Below are positions 35,101 to 48,300 of a stretch of DNA of 64,000 nt, piece by piece. The position numbers were made by a program, and so were the translations under genes. This DNA comes from Bugula neritina. Its lineage: Eukaryota > Animalia > Bryozoa. Each line of letters starts with the position of its first letter. Position 1 is the first letter of the stretch. Under the pieces are notes generated by a model that ran no database searches, was not told the DNA's origin, and saw only the letters and a list, made by a program, of their open reading frames with translations. Location of the stretch: assembly GCA_964035545.1 (NCBI GenBank), contig OZ037765.1:30565504-30629503 (forward strand), in the 5' to 3' direction.

Positions 35101-38100
35101 TGCTCTAGACAAACTAGAAATATACGGAAACCACCAACTAATCTAATTCTTGCGTCATTCCATTGTCTGGCGGGTTAACATTCAGATCTTTTCAAAATGG
35201 TAAAATATGATACATCCATGTATAATACAATATATTATTAATTCTTTATCACTAGACTTGACTTTATGCCCGCTGCTCAATCACACCATCTTACTCGCTT
35301 GTCATTTGAGGTTAGTATAAAGTATTAAATTGCTTCATTTTTCAATAACTAATGGCTTGTGTAATAAATGAGGCTATGACAGTAATATAGCATACAAAGT
35401 CAACTAATTTCTTATCTTTCATTTTGTGCTCACCGCAAAAATCTGGCAAACATAATTATGACTGGTTTACAAGAACACCATTAAATTGTGAAAAATAAGC
35501 ATTATGATAGGACGGTAGGCAGCCATGTTGAATTGTCGCAGACTAATTAAACATAGTTGGATGACAGTATCAAGTGTCGCTAGAATTACTAACTGTATAA
35601 TTATCTCTTAATAGACTTCCCAGAATCACCTTTCATCTCAATTTTGAAATTAATAGGTGAACAATTTTTCGCTATAATTTCAAAATTGCTTTTTATCTTT
35701 CAGTTCAATTAATTTTGGAAAATTGTCAATTCTGCTAAATCTAATTAAAATGATACCCATAATATTAATATTAGCAAATGTGCTTTTAACACTCATTTCT
35801 ATTTAATACACACCCTATAGTGTGATGTTTTACAAGCATTTACAAAATGAAAGTGATATTTCATAGATAGCAATCTAGCTTTTTTAATTAATCTTTATAC
35901 AAATTGGGCACATTTTTATTGCAAATCTTTCAGCAGAAGCCACTCAAAAGCTATTTTGACTAAACCAAAAGGAATTGAAATTGTGCTATAGTTATTACTT
36001 ATGGGAATACATAATAAAACAAGCTTACAAAAATAAATAAGTTTTGCAGCACATATACATAACATTCTTTCCAACTGCACATGACATAAAAATCAGTAAT
36101 ATTGTATATACTCTTACACCTTGCTTTTTATTTGTCAGCTCTTTTGATGGTGTTGGTTATTGTATGCACAACTTTTAGTAACTGTTTTATATAATGTACT
36201 TATTTATATTAGAAACAAAACATATTTTGCTGTAATAGATATTTTTATTTGAAATTGAAGTAAAATATACACAATATGGCTTAGCTAATATAAGTTTGCT
36301 GCTAATGAATGCATACCAGTGCTAGGCTAGCAGCTGATTTATATTAAACAAAAATAAATGGAGCGTTTAAAATCATAAATAAAATTATTTTTTGTCTAAA
36401 AGTAAAAATACACACAGTTACTAGACACAGTCACAATGTCTCCAGTACCTTTGCTAGGCTTCATTACCATTTTCATTAAGTGAAATTAAAATCAGAAAGA
36501 CAAGTATTTGGCAGCAGTGCTGCTGACCTTTTTCTTATCTCTTTACTGATTAGCTGATCTAAAATTTCCCTACTAATAGCAATCAGTGATACAGCATACA
36601 AGGATGGACTTACTGACTCTCCAAAATTTTATGATGCGGATATAGCAACAGAACTTCACTAGGAAAAGCTGCAGTTTGCTATAATAATACAGCTTAGCTA
36701 ATTAATACATAAGTGTAAAATTAAACTTTATATGTGAGCAAATCAAGGTTTTCCTGGGCATTATAGCACTTTTTACAAGATCCTCACAAGATTGTCATTA
36801 GAGTGCATACTTCAAGATTGCCCACGACTGAAATAAACGTTGACATAATGATAGTCAATATCAGGTTGCAGCAGAAATCAAACACTAGCTGTGTGTGTCA
36901 ACAGACTTAGGGGATGATTTAGGCTACTGATGTTCATGTGACACTTAATCCATAGTGATCTGTCACCAAGATTATGGCAGCAGGTGATTGTAATGAATAC
37001 CATCACAATTGTGTTATATATCATGAAACAGCTAGGTAAAAGTAGTACGCAGTAAAGTATGTGTCGTATGACTGAGAATTTTGTCGTGTAAGGGGAGTTG
37101 GAGATGAGTGTTGTCAAGTAGCTTGTAGTGAGTAGTATTTACTTTTGTGACGCTGTTCAAGAGCTTGCGACAGGATTAATACTGTCTGCAGATAGTTATA
37201 AGCATGCTGGCCTCTCTATGCTTCTACATCTTATACTGTCAATGTGTCAATACTGTTGCTCTCAGTTACAAGCCTATAAACTTGTAAGGTTTTGTCACAC
37301 AAAATATTTCAGGACACATCGATATTATTGATTTCAAATGCTCAGTGCAGACAGATTTATAGCTAGTATAGGTTGTCTTTATAATAATTGTAATTAATGT
37401 TCTTGTATTTTATGTTAATCAAGGCCTTGCATTGAAACTGTATGTTGTATCCCATTACGAAGTGAGACAAAAAGTGACAATCACGCATTCTTGATTCAAT
37501 ATTTGCTAATTATGTAAAAAGACAAAAGATTGTCATATATTGTATATGTTGGAATCAACATCTTCCAATATACATTGTGTCCACATTTTTGGTATACCAA
37601 TTTTTTATTCGGTGCTTACGAATATTTCTAGCTGTTAGCTTTTAAAAGCAGCAACAAAATTAGATTGGTTTTAGGCTGGTTTGGGTTTGAGATTTTGGTT
37701 TGGTAATGATTAGTTTTTTTAAAAAAGTATATAAAAGACAGTTGTAAACGGTGCAGGTGCATTGAAGTGTTTGTTGTAAACCATGCAGAGAGGGGAGATT
37801 ATATTCACAATATAATATTATATAATAGCTCTGCTAACACTTATTTATTACACACATTGATGATTGTATATTGTATGTCTATGAATACCAGGAGAGACAA
37901 CAATTACACTGCTGAAGTGAATCCTGTCTCTAAACCCATTCTTATTGTCACTCAATCAACACAACACAAGCTGTGTCATGTAATAATAGATACATATACA
38001 CCTGACAAGGATGACATTGTCACAGTTTATGACACTGGAAGAAAAACCTTAATACATGTAGTATATAAATAAATGTCTTACCAGTACATATAGGTCATGA

Positions 38101-41100
38101 TTAAGTGCTCATTAAAAATTTGCTCATCACCACCAGAAAGCTGATATTATTTAAATTTGTAACATTATCTTGTCTAGTTGACAAAGTTTCCAGCATATTT
38201 ATCATATTAATGACAGACTAGAGGCATTGTAAATGTATAAAGGTGTCATAATATGCCGATTATATATCCAATTTGTGTGACCATCGCAATACCCAGCACC
38301 TGCGTGTATGAGTGGCGCCTACAGCTACATCTAAATAATGTCTTTTCTTGTCATTCTCACTAATATATGAAGACGTATCATTTTGCACTGCTACTTTTAA
38401 TTATCTCTGAAAATGTCCCTCAGCCATCCACTCCCTTTCTACTCAAAAACTCTTCTCAGGAAGCTCAAAATCGGTAATTAATACAACAACAATTACATTT
38501 TCTTAATTCCAACTGTTTTTGAGGTTTTCTTATTCAACAGGCTTAATAAGTTTTTACATAATTTTCTTTCAGCAGTCCACCTGGGGCTCTCCAAGGACAA
38601 AGTGTAGCTTAAAAATGCAGACTAATAATAACAAGACCACAGATTTTATTTCTCAATTCCATGTTAATAACAAGCTCATCTGGGTTCACCAAAGTGTTAA
38701 ATGGTTACCAAATTAATCAGAATTATGAAGTTAGAATCAGTGCAGAGGGTGTAGAATTTTACAATGAGTAGCTGTAAGGAGCTTATAGTGAGAGCACTTG
38801 AGACCACATGCAGGTTCCCATTTCTATTGCAAGTGTGCTGAAACTATAAACTATCGCTGAGCTGTCTTTGAACCTCAACAGTCTTACAACAACAGAGAAA
38901 GGTGACATTTTAAAAGTGTTAATGCGATCCAATTACAAGAGGTATAAAGCCACCTCCTTTGTGGTCTTACTGTTCACTGCTTGTTTGCCCCTGTGACAAA
39001 TGTCACTAAAATGATTACCCTAATGAGCAAAGAGACCAAAATTCATTAAAGGCAACTGTTTTTACCCTGTCAACAAGGAGAGGAAACAAAGACCCCAGTC
39101 ACTAGGTTTGTGGCATTTTGGCTAATTAAAGCCATATTTCGGCACTGGTTGACTGTAAACTTAGAGTAAAATATTGTCCAACAGCAGTTGATTGTCATGA
39201 ATGACAACATTATATTCTATCCGAATCAAATCAGTAGGCCTGCGCACTGTGACTGATGAGTTCAAATCATTGTCAATCTAACAACATCACAATGTATTTA
39301 TAAATGCTTGTCAAAGGGGTCTCTTTATATTGCAACATAGGTTTGTGCGACTAGTCTGTGTAATAAAGACAAATCATGACTGAACACTCTAAACTCTAAA
39401 CAGTCAAGACCTGTATTCACGGAGTGTCTATAGTCACCAGCTTTGTGAGAAATCAAAGCACTTTTCGAATAGCAGCGAAGCTTTTTTTATTAAAATTATG
39501 ACCTGGCTTTAAGCCTTTTAAAGCCATGCAAAATTGATTTTCACTGCATTTTGGTTTTGACATTATGGTGACCTTAATAAGCTATAATGTACTAACTGTG
39601 CCTAGTCAGGTAGGGGCTTCTACCTACTGGTCCAATACCGGACTTAACCTCAACAATTAAACCCAGTCTAAAATATTACTTTGATAGCAACTTACTGAAA
39701 AAGATAACACCATACAACAAAGAGTTTTTTTGCTAACCATTAACGCCCACATCTCCATAAGGTGGACACTCATTATAGCTGCATCTACCTGCTCATTCTT
39801 AGATCTATTTATAACCATCATCAACATGCTACTAGAGGATAACTCATGAAATGTACAAACTAATTACTTGAAGAAATAATTAACTAATATTCATAGCTGA
39901 CTGGAACTGTTGTCAAAAGGTGAACAGCACCGGTGAACATTTGGCAGCGGTTTAAGTAGATCATTCAGTATATTTCTGGCAGCAAAAATGTCAAGCAAAT
40001 ACTCTGTCAATCTCCAGTTAGGCTTGCATTGTTTAGATTTTAAAGGTTATCAATGAGCATTACCTCCTAGAGCAGCTGCTGGTTGTAAAACAGTCAGCTA
40101 GCATAATTACTGGGCTGCAAAATGCAGCTCTTCATTAAAATTTGGTAAAATTTTGTCACTATAAATTCAGTTTTATTGTAGACACTTGGAATAGGCTATG
40201 TATGCTTACAGCTTTCAAATGAGCAGCATGAGTTTATGAAAATAAAGTGATGTGGAATTTTTAATAAATTTGGATTTATTCAAATACAAATCAACTGTCG
40301 CCAAGCTATAGATTATATAACTGTACAAAAATTGCCAGCACAATATGACAAGTAGGCAAGTAGAAAAATTTATAATTAGGAAAAATTTCTGAGTTACTAA
40401 TGTCATGTAAAGCATAAGATCTAATTATTGTGCATCTTTTGCAATAATAATAAAATGTATTATGTAGAAAACGCATTTTCCACAGGTTAGATTATTGCAG
40501 GCTGGGATTAATGTAATAAGTAAGTCATTTTTTGCCTCACCTCTTTATCTAAAAGTCAATTTAAAAATAGGAAAACAAAGAAGCACAAAAATTTCAAATG
40601 CGTTTTAAAATGTTGCTTTTCTATCTATAATAGTTAATTGAAGTAAATTAAAATAGTTCAACTAATTTGAATTTCAAAATTTTCAAACGGGGAGGGGGAA
40701 ATAGTGTATTAGCTTGCTTAAAAATTGATACCAATTCACTTTAATGAAGCATGGTAGTGATAGCTATGGTATATTTCATTGGATATCATTTACCGAAATA
40801 ACTACAAATAGTTTAAAACATAGACTTGGAACCCTTGAAGTTGCTAAGCATGTTTTCAAGTATTCTTGTGTAAAAGAAATGGAAGACTAAGATGATTCCT
40901 CATGGACTAACTGGTTATATACTCAATGTTCTGTCTACAATATTAGCATCAAACACATAGCCTAGGTCTTTTTAATTACCTACAGGTTAGTATCTTACCT
41001 AAGTCATACAGGCGTATTTTCCTACTTAGAAAGATAATATAGATAATATGTAAACTTGGTAAAAATTGAAATCTTTATAATCTGCTTTCTATACTACTAA

Positions 41101-42328
41101 TTTTTTTTGAAACTGTTATACAGATCAAAAACTAGAAATAGAGCCATTTTAACAAAACCAGTTGTTGGATTAATTAGTTCATGTTTTATTCTTTTTTTGC
41201 CAAACTAATTTTTTATAACACCACAAAATAGAGGTAAAAATTGAAGATTATAACATACGTTAGAAAATAAAATGCATGAATGGTTAAATATTGATAGGGA
41301 CTGTAGTCTGTAAGCAAGTTGTGTAAAGTAAATACAGCTCAGTATTTTGAAAGTGGTGAAAAGTTACTGGGCCTAAAATTTAAAAGCCAAACATTAGAAT
41401 AGCAAGCTATATGCAATAGCTGAAATTTGTCCTTGTTAAAAGCAACACAATATGAATGCCGATCTTTTGCAGACCAAGCTGCCGTTGCCCATGTTCCACG
41501 TTTAGCCCACAGTGTGGGTTTGTGAAATGAAGATGTTGACCAGCTATATTGATTTCCTGTGTCACATGTTTGTCAAGAGGGTTTTTTATAAAAGTGACGC
41601 AGTGAGAGCAGCTTTCTAGTCCTAAGATTATAATAAGCATATAAATGAGCACATGGACATTGAGCAAAAGTTCTCATACATAGTCATAACATTGATCGAA
41701 TTTTGCTAGCTTATAATTGGTCAAACTTGTCATTAGCACAAGAAATAGCTTTGGGTTCAGGTATGCTTTAAATAGGAATGGATAGGTTTAACTGGATAAA
41801 GGCTCATTTTTGTTGCATATTTACTCAGGATATGAGCACTGTGACGAGTAGACCAAGACAGAAGCTGGCATGACACTAGATGTATGGATATAACTGCAGG
41901 ATAAAGACACTACCGCAATTATAAACGCATTGAGTGTAAGGACTACTGCTGACTATTGCAGATATTCACTGGCTGGACCAAATTATCTTTGTCACACTTC
42001 ACATCTACATCTGTGTTCTTATTGTTTTATTGAAGCCTGCTGCTTGCCTTGTGCACAAAGACATCTGAAATAGACAACCGGAAATTAATTAGTTAAGTTT
42101 GTTTGTGTGATCATCCCTTTGTGCCCCTCACTAATCACCAGCAGCAGTGCCATGTGATTGGCCGAGACAGTCAGCAGCTATCAGGTATAATTTAACGGTC
42201 TCTCAGCTGCGAAGTAGCCTGCACTTTGTTTATTTTACTCTACAACTAGTCACTGGAGTCAACAGAGTTGTAACAATCACTACTGTACGCATGACAAAGA
42301 GTCATTCTTGGACATTATCGTGACAGTC

Positions 42329-45300
42329 ATGGCTCTGGGCCTCACACACATTTCACAGGTAATTGTTGAATTTAGTTATGCTATTTTCTCTTCTGCATTG
42401 CTGTACACTGCAAAAATTGCTCGGAAATAGTGACACGCATTTAGCTGCGAATGTCAACATTTTTGTTGGCGAGGTCGATAATCTCACTTGCTAAAAATGT
42501 TGTGCAAATGGCCCGAAGGATGTATGTTATTAGATGCGACAGCTATCATTTGTCTATGGTTTTTCTATTTTGACTTTGAATTAGTCGCAGCTAAATTGTA
42601 TCTATCCTAATCTTGTGCTGTGCCTAAGGGATTGGTTTTCCTCCAAAACATATTGACTGGAATTTCTGTATTGCACTGTATAGTGAAAAGCACAAGTGCC
42701 ATTTCTGTCTTCAGAAAATCACTAACTGAATAATGAAAACTTAGCATCTATATCTAGTGATACAGGACTTGAGTGCCAGTTCTATGTCACAAATTAACTT
42801 TGGTGGCGTGTAATGAAGTTTGAGAGTTTGGAATCACTACTCAATTTTGTGATACAATTAAGCAATAAAATTATTATCTTTGCTAATTATTTTCCTTATG
42901 TTTCCTAGTAAGAAAATTATCCTAATCCATATTCATAAGAAATTTTGACTATATCATATTTTTATTTCATTAGCAGCTCCAATTTTGGTAAGCGATTAAA
43001 TTATTGCACAGAACCTCAAGGGAGAGTGTTTGCAGGACACATGTTGGTGAAGCATACACTTCGTTTCTGTCCACATTTAGATTTCAAATAAACTAGTTTC
43101 AATAGGTTGTTAGTTTATCCATAGACGTAACTAAACGTCTGACTATAACTGCATCTTATGGCTGGAATTATTAGTTGCATAATGAATCAATTGCCCCTTC
43201 AATCTACAATTTATGACAAGGTATCCAGCCGAACTGGTATATTTTTGCTTAGTTTTATGATGTTCTGCTAATCTAACGAGGAGGCAGCATTTACATTCGC
43301 TAATGTTAGTCAAAGTTAATGAGCAACAGGCTCTGGCTACATCAATTAGTACTTAAGCTCATCAAAGAACCTGACATTCACTAAAGCCAAAAGTTATGCC
43401 TGCTACCAATCTTATCCAACGTATTGTCCAATATTTTGGTATGAATTATGTGTGTCTATATACCTAATATGACCTCTCACAGCACAATCATCATAAGTAG
43501 CTATGATCTTACACAGCAGCATGATGATAATTAATCTAATTATGAAAAGATAGGAGCGATGCTACATCATTGTATATGCGATTCCGCGTGTGGCACTAGC
43601 ACACCGCCACCAGTGTGATACAATAGACTACTGAGAGAGAATTAGTTTTATATTTTTGAATATATTTTTTTACTATTTCATTTAAATGTCTCACAATCAG
43701 CAGCAGCAGAGGATTAATAATATTATGAACGGAGTAATGCGGAACCTCTGGAGAGCCCCTCCCCAACAGAGATTTGTGGTATGCCTTTAAAATTAGGGCT
43801 ATTTCTTTCTTTCACAATTGTAGTCTACAAGTTTGTTTTTATATTTTTATCAAGTACTTTTTATTTTTAGGCAATTAGATGTACTTTTCCCAAATGTTCG
43901 TGTGAATGCTTCTCCTCAACAAAGAGTCAAATACGCACGTGCCATAACTGTAAACATGGATGGGTTGCTCACGGTTAGTTCATTTTTCCTTTTTTATGTA
44001 CACTTAGCTGAGACAGTAATTCATTTTTAAAAGTAGACTCGAAATCTTTGCATTTATTGGGCTTTTCGAAAGCGGTAAATTTTTTTATATTTGGCCAATT
44101 CAATAGAAGGACAAAAATGCGGGGTCATTAATTATAAAATGATAAAGTTTCACAGAAAGTTGTCATTTTAACCACAGAAAAGACAGAAAGTGACAGTAAA
44201 GGTACTTAGGGTTACATAATATAATTTTAATATTTATCCATCATGTCTAGCTCTCAGATCTGGTGAATTATTTAGCATATTCTAGGGATGAATAGCCCAA
44301 AATGTAATTATACAGCAAGTTCTACCTTTTTAAATCATCATTTAAAACTAAAAAAAACATAAATTCTAAAGTAAGTTCCATGGGCATATATTCAAAATGG
44401 TTGGGGGGGAGGGGGTTGTGCCGGCACCACTACCCATACTTCTGATTATTTTCAAATCAACTTGCTATCAGGCCACCAGACCAACCTTCAAAGATGTCAA
44501 CACATTGTGTAGGAGAATTATGGTGAAATAATCACATTATTGTCATTGTTATCATACGGCAGTCTGCTAGAGATACTTGCCACCTCAACTGTCAAATATT
44601 ATGTAGTTTTACATAAAATGTGATGACAAGGTGTATCAGATATGAATGCTGGTGTCAAAGTAAGAAATGTGTTGCTGTCACTCCATATACATGTGTTTGC
44701 ACTTGCGCAATACCAACAAAACCTCGCCTCATGTACTTGAAATTTCAATTTTATAGCGGCAGACAAATGCACCTTCATCTTGACCTGTCCTTGCACACCT
44801 CTTTTGTGCAAGGTGAATCCTTAATTTTAAAAGGGTGGAGAGTTTAAAAAATGAAGTGATTTTTAGCAGATTATCAATGACAGATTGAGGTATTTTGGTT
44901 ATTTAAGCACTTTTTTGCAAGTTATTAGCAAAATAAAGTGCTACCATTTACATCAACAAGGCAATTAAAATAATTGCTATTATAAATTGTAGAAATAGCT
45001 TTACAGTTATACACCTGTTTAAATGCTAGGAGGTTCTAAGTTTTGTAATTCATTAATGATAAGTGCTCGAATTTAATTAAAATAATCACAATGATGCTTT
45101 GTCCACTCATATCAACTTGAGCAGTTTATATTTGTTATCTCTTTCTAATAATGCTCTCATATAATGTCTCAAAAAATGTTTGGTCATTTGATTATTTTCT
45201 ATTAATCACACCTCTGGGTGCTACAATTAAATGACAAACAATTTTTAACACACAACATTTCCTTATGCTTGGTAACATCAAGTATTTCAATACAAGATGA

Positions 45301-48300
45301 TAATTTTATCATACATGCAGTCTGAAAGCTCAAGATTATTATAGAGCATTGAAGTGAACATGTTCTGGTCATTTGATACTGAGTTCAGTTTAGGCCCGAG
45401 GCTCAATGCTAGACCAACAGTAGCAATTTGCTCCCTAGGGCTCAATAATTATGACAATAACTAAAAAAACTCATGTATGTTGGGGTAAGATGAAGCTTTA
45501 GGGATGTCTGAAAGTGTTCGTACGATGTTTAAATTTATAATTTCATTTTATGTGCTATATTTAAATACTTGCTGTTGAAAAAATTACCGGTACAGCTAAC
45601 TACACATTTACCTTGCCATTGCGCAACATAGTAGAATAAGTTTGCTGCTAGAAGTAACTGATTCAACTCTTCACTGGGAAAAGGTGCAACAAAAATTGTC
45701 AATGAGGAATGCAAGTTATTTTGTAATGTCTTGCAAACCTATCTAAAATAAGATTAGTGCTTCAACAACCTCACCCCTTACACTTCATGCTATTGACCAA
45801 GATCCAAGGCTACATGTTGAAATTGATAAAGGCATGTCACATAATATGATATGATGACAGAAAGCTTTGTCAATGTAGATGGTAATCACGTATGATATTG
45901 GATTGTGAAATATCACGTTACTTTCTCACTGTCTACAGTATTTTAGTAATTTGTCATCTACATCAAAACATACGTTACTAGGATTTGTGACATTTTAATT
46001 TTAATTTCACCACAATGTTAAATTGATATGGTTTCTCATTTTCTATCTAGATGACATAGGTAGAGCAAATGAAATAACTCACACTATTATGTTGAGCCGT
46101 ATTAGATTCACTAATGAATGTGAAATGTGAAACATAATTCTATTCTCATGCACAATAATTTATGGTAGCTCTTATGTAGTTAAAGGTTGTATTCCCAGCA
46201 AGGCTAGGAGGCTCATGGCGGGCTGTCTATTATCATAGCTCTACCTGCGCTTTGTCTTAAGGAAATGACTGCTGCTAATGAATAGTCTTTATATAATTAG
46301 GCACTCAAACATCAGTGAAAAGGTCATTAAGCCTATGCATACATAGCCCTGTCCAACTGGCACAACCTCATGCTTACCTGCATGTTTATCAACAGTAATG
46401 GCTTTTATTTTTAGCAGCTGTTTTTGCAATTGTGCTGCTTTATTTTTGGCTAATTTTTAGTTTTAGCCACTGTATCTCCTATATAACAATAATTATTATA
46501 TATGGTAGTTGGTTAAGATGACAGGTACGATCAGTTATAAATAATATGGCTGCTGCTTAGTGTAAAGTAATATTGCAGGAAGATTGCTGCAGTGGACTGG
46601 AACACTTATATCAATTAGCGATGATATTCACAAGCCTATCTGGCTAACTACGCTCTATTATTACTGCTGTTAACAGTCATATGCATATAGGACATGCCGC
46701 TGCCATCATTCCTACAATAAAATCCAAACTTACCTCACCTGATCTGCCCGTAACTACAGCCATTTTGGAAATAAGAAAGATAACTCCAAACCAATCAATA
46801 ATATAATTATTTTTAATAGCCTTTAAATTGTCTAGTGCTTGAGATAGATGTATCCAATTTAGATCACGTGACCTAACACGTTGTCTGCTATTCATGCGCA
46901 GTTGTTGTATAATCAAAGGACATTTACTGAGGGCACTTGACTACACTTGGCAGCTTAATCACTGCCTGAGACAGCTTGTCACAAATTGTCTTTATATATC
47001 GGTATTGACATTTTATTACATCCTGCGTTCAGTGCGTCAAGTAAAGTGATTAAGATGAAATTTTTATGCAATTATGCTGTCCCAGAGTGGCACGGTGTGT
47101 GAAGTTGACACTCACTTTATAGAAGAGAGTAAATTGGTAGTCAGCGTTGGAGAGGCAGCAGAGGATAAGTGCGTCTGCTGACACTATTCTCGCTTAATAA
47201 CGTCAATAAAAAATCTGTTAATTCTGTGAAGAAATCAGTTATGTCAAATGTGCACTCAAATTAAATTTCTTAAACTACTAATTATTGAGTTGAGAAGGAA
47301 TTTAATACAACATGTCATATGCATGCTTGTAGAGCCAAGCAAACTACTACAAAATATTTTGTCATACATTATTGCTATGTGTTTAAGTTGCATAGATTGT
47401 TTTGGTGAAAAACCTGTTGGGTTTTTAATATATTGAAGTGTAGAATAAGTTTGAGATGTCTTTATGGGAAATTTGCCAAAGATTAAGTAATTGCAACATA
47501 TTTTTAAAAAACTGTTTAATATCCAGTTTACTGGTTTCAAAAGCATACCAAGAAAATTAATCAATATAAAGCACATTTGTATGATTATGGCCAACCTGTG
47601 CCTTATCAGCTGAAACATAATGGGTGTGAAAATCTCAACACTTTAATGCTAAGGCCCATCAGTGACAAGGAAACATATGTCTGTACTTTTTTTAGAACAA
47701 AAAAGTAGTCGAAGTCAATTTTGCAGCTTTATCAGCTGTAAAAAGACTGCCATATGCTTGCATTCTGTGATACATGCAATGCACAAAGTATGTGATAAAC
47801 ACAGCATGCAAATCTGTCCTGTTGGCTTCACTTGAAGATAAAAAATACCTCCCGTGGATTACATTGGACTGAGTTTTTAAAAATGAGTTCCCATTTATAG
47901 ATCTAAGTATTTGAAATATACTCTTTAATTAATTTAAATTTTTCTCTGTTCTATAAACAATATCCAAGCATAAGTATTTTCAGTTTCATGTTTTATTTTC
48001 ATTTTTGTTTAATAATTTTATGCAACTGTGTTTTAATTTTTTGCTATATTTATTTTAGCTGTGGATAAGTTAATTTCGACTTCAAGTCCATTTGGTGGCA
48101 TCAGAAACCAAATGGAACCAATCAGCCCAAGTATAGTGTTTGATATTGCCAGTTTGGTCTTATATGGCTGTCACGCTATACCAATCAGGTTAAAGATGTC
48201 ACTGGATAGACTGTTTTCAGCCCTTCAACATGACGAAGTTTTGCAAATTTTGCATGGGTTTGGTTGGTCATATGAAGACTATGCCAGGGGTTACATTCTA

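Noticed and set aside
32200-42300. Hidden protein-coding gene in the gene-free region (ORFs at 33387, 36878, 37128, 37767, 38519, 40215, 41407)
   Set aside because: Short ORFs with no recognisable motifs or phase-consistent exon chain; a non-coding transcript cannot be excluded.
44599-47618. ORFs inside the large basonuclin intron
   Set aside because: No homology cues; exons 43973 and 48059 join directly to give the conserved WVAHAVDKL.
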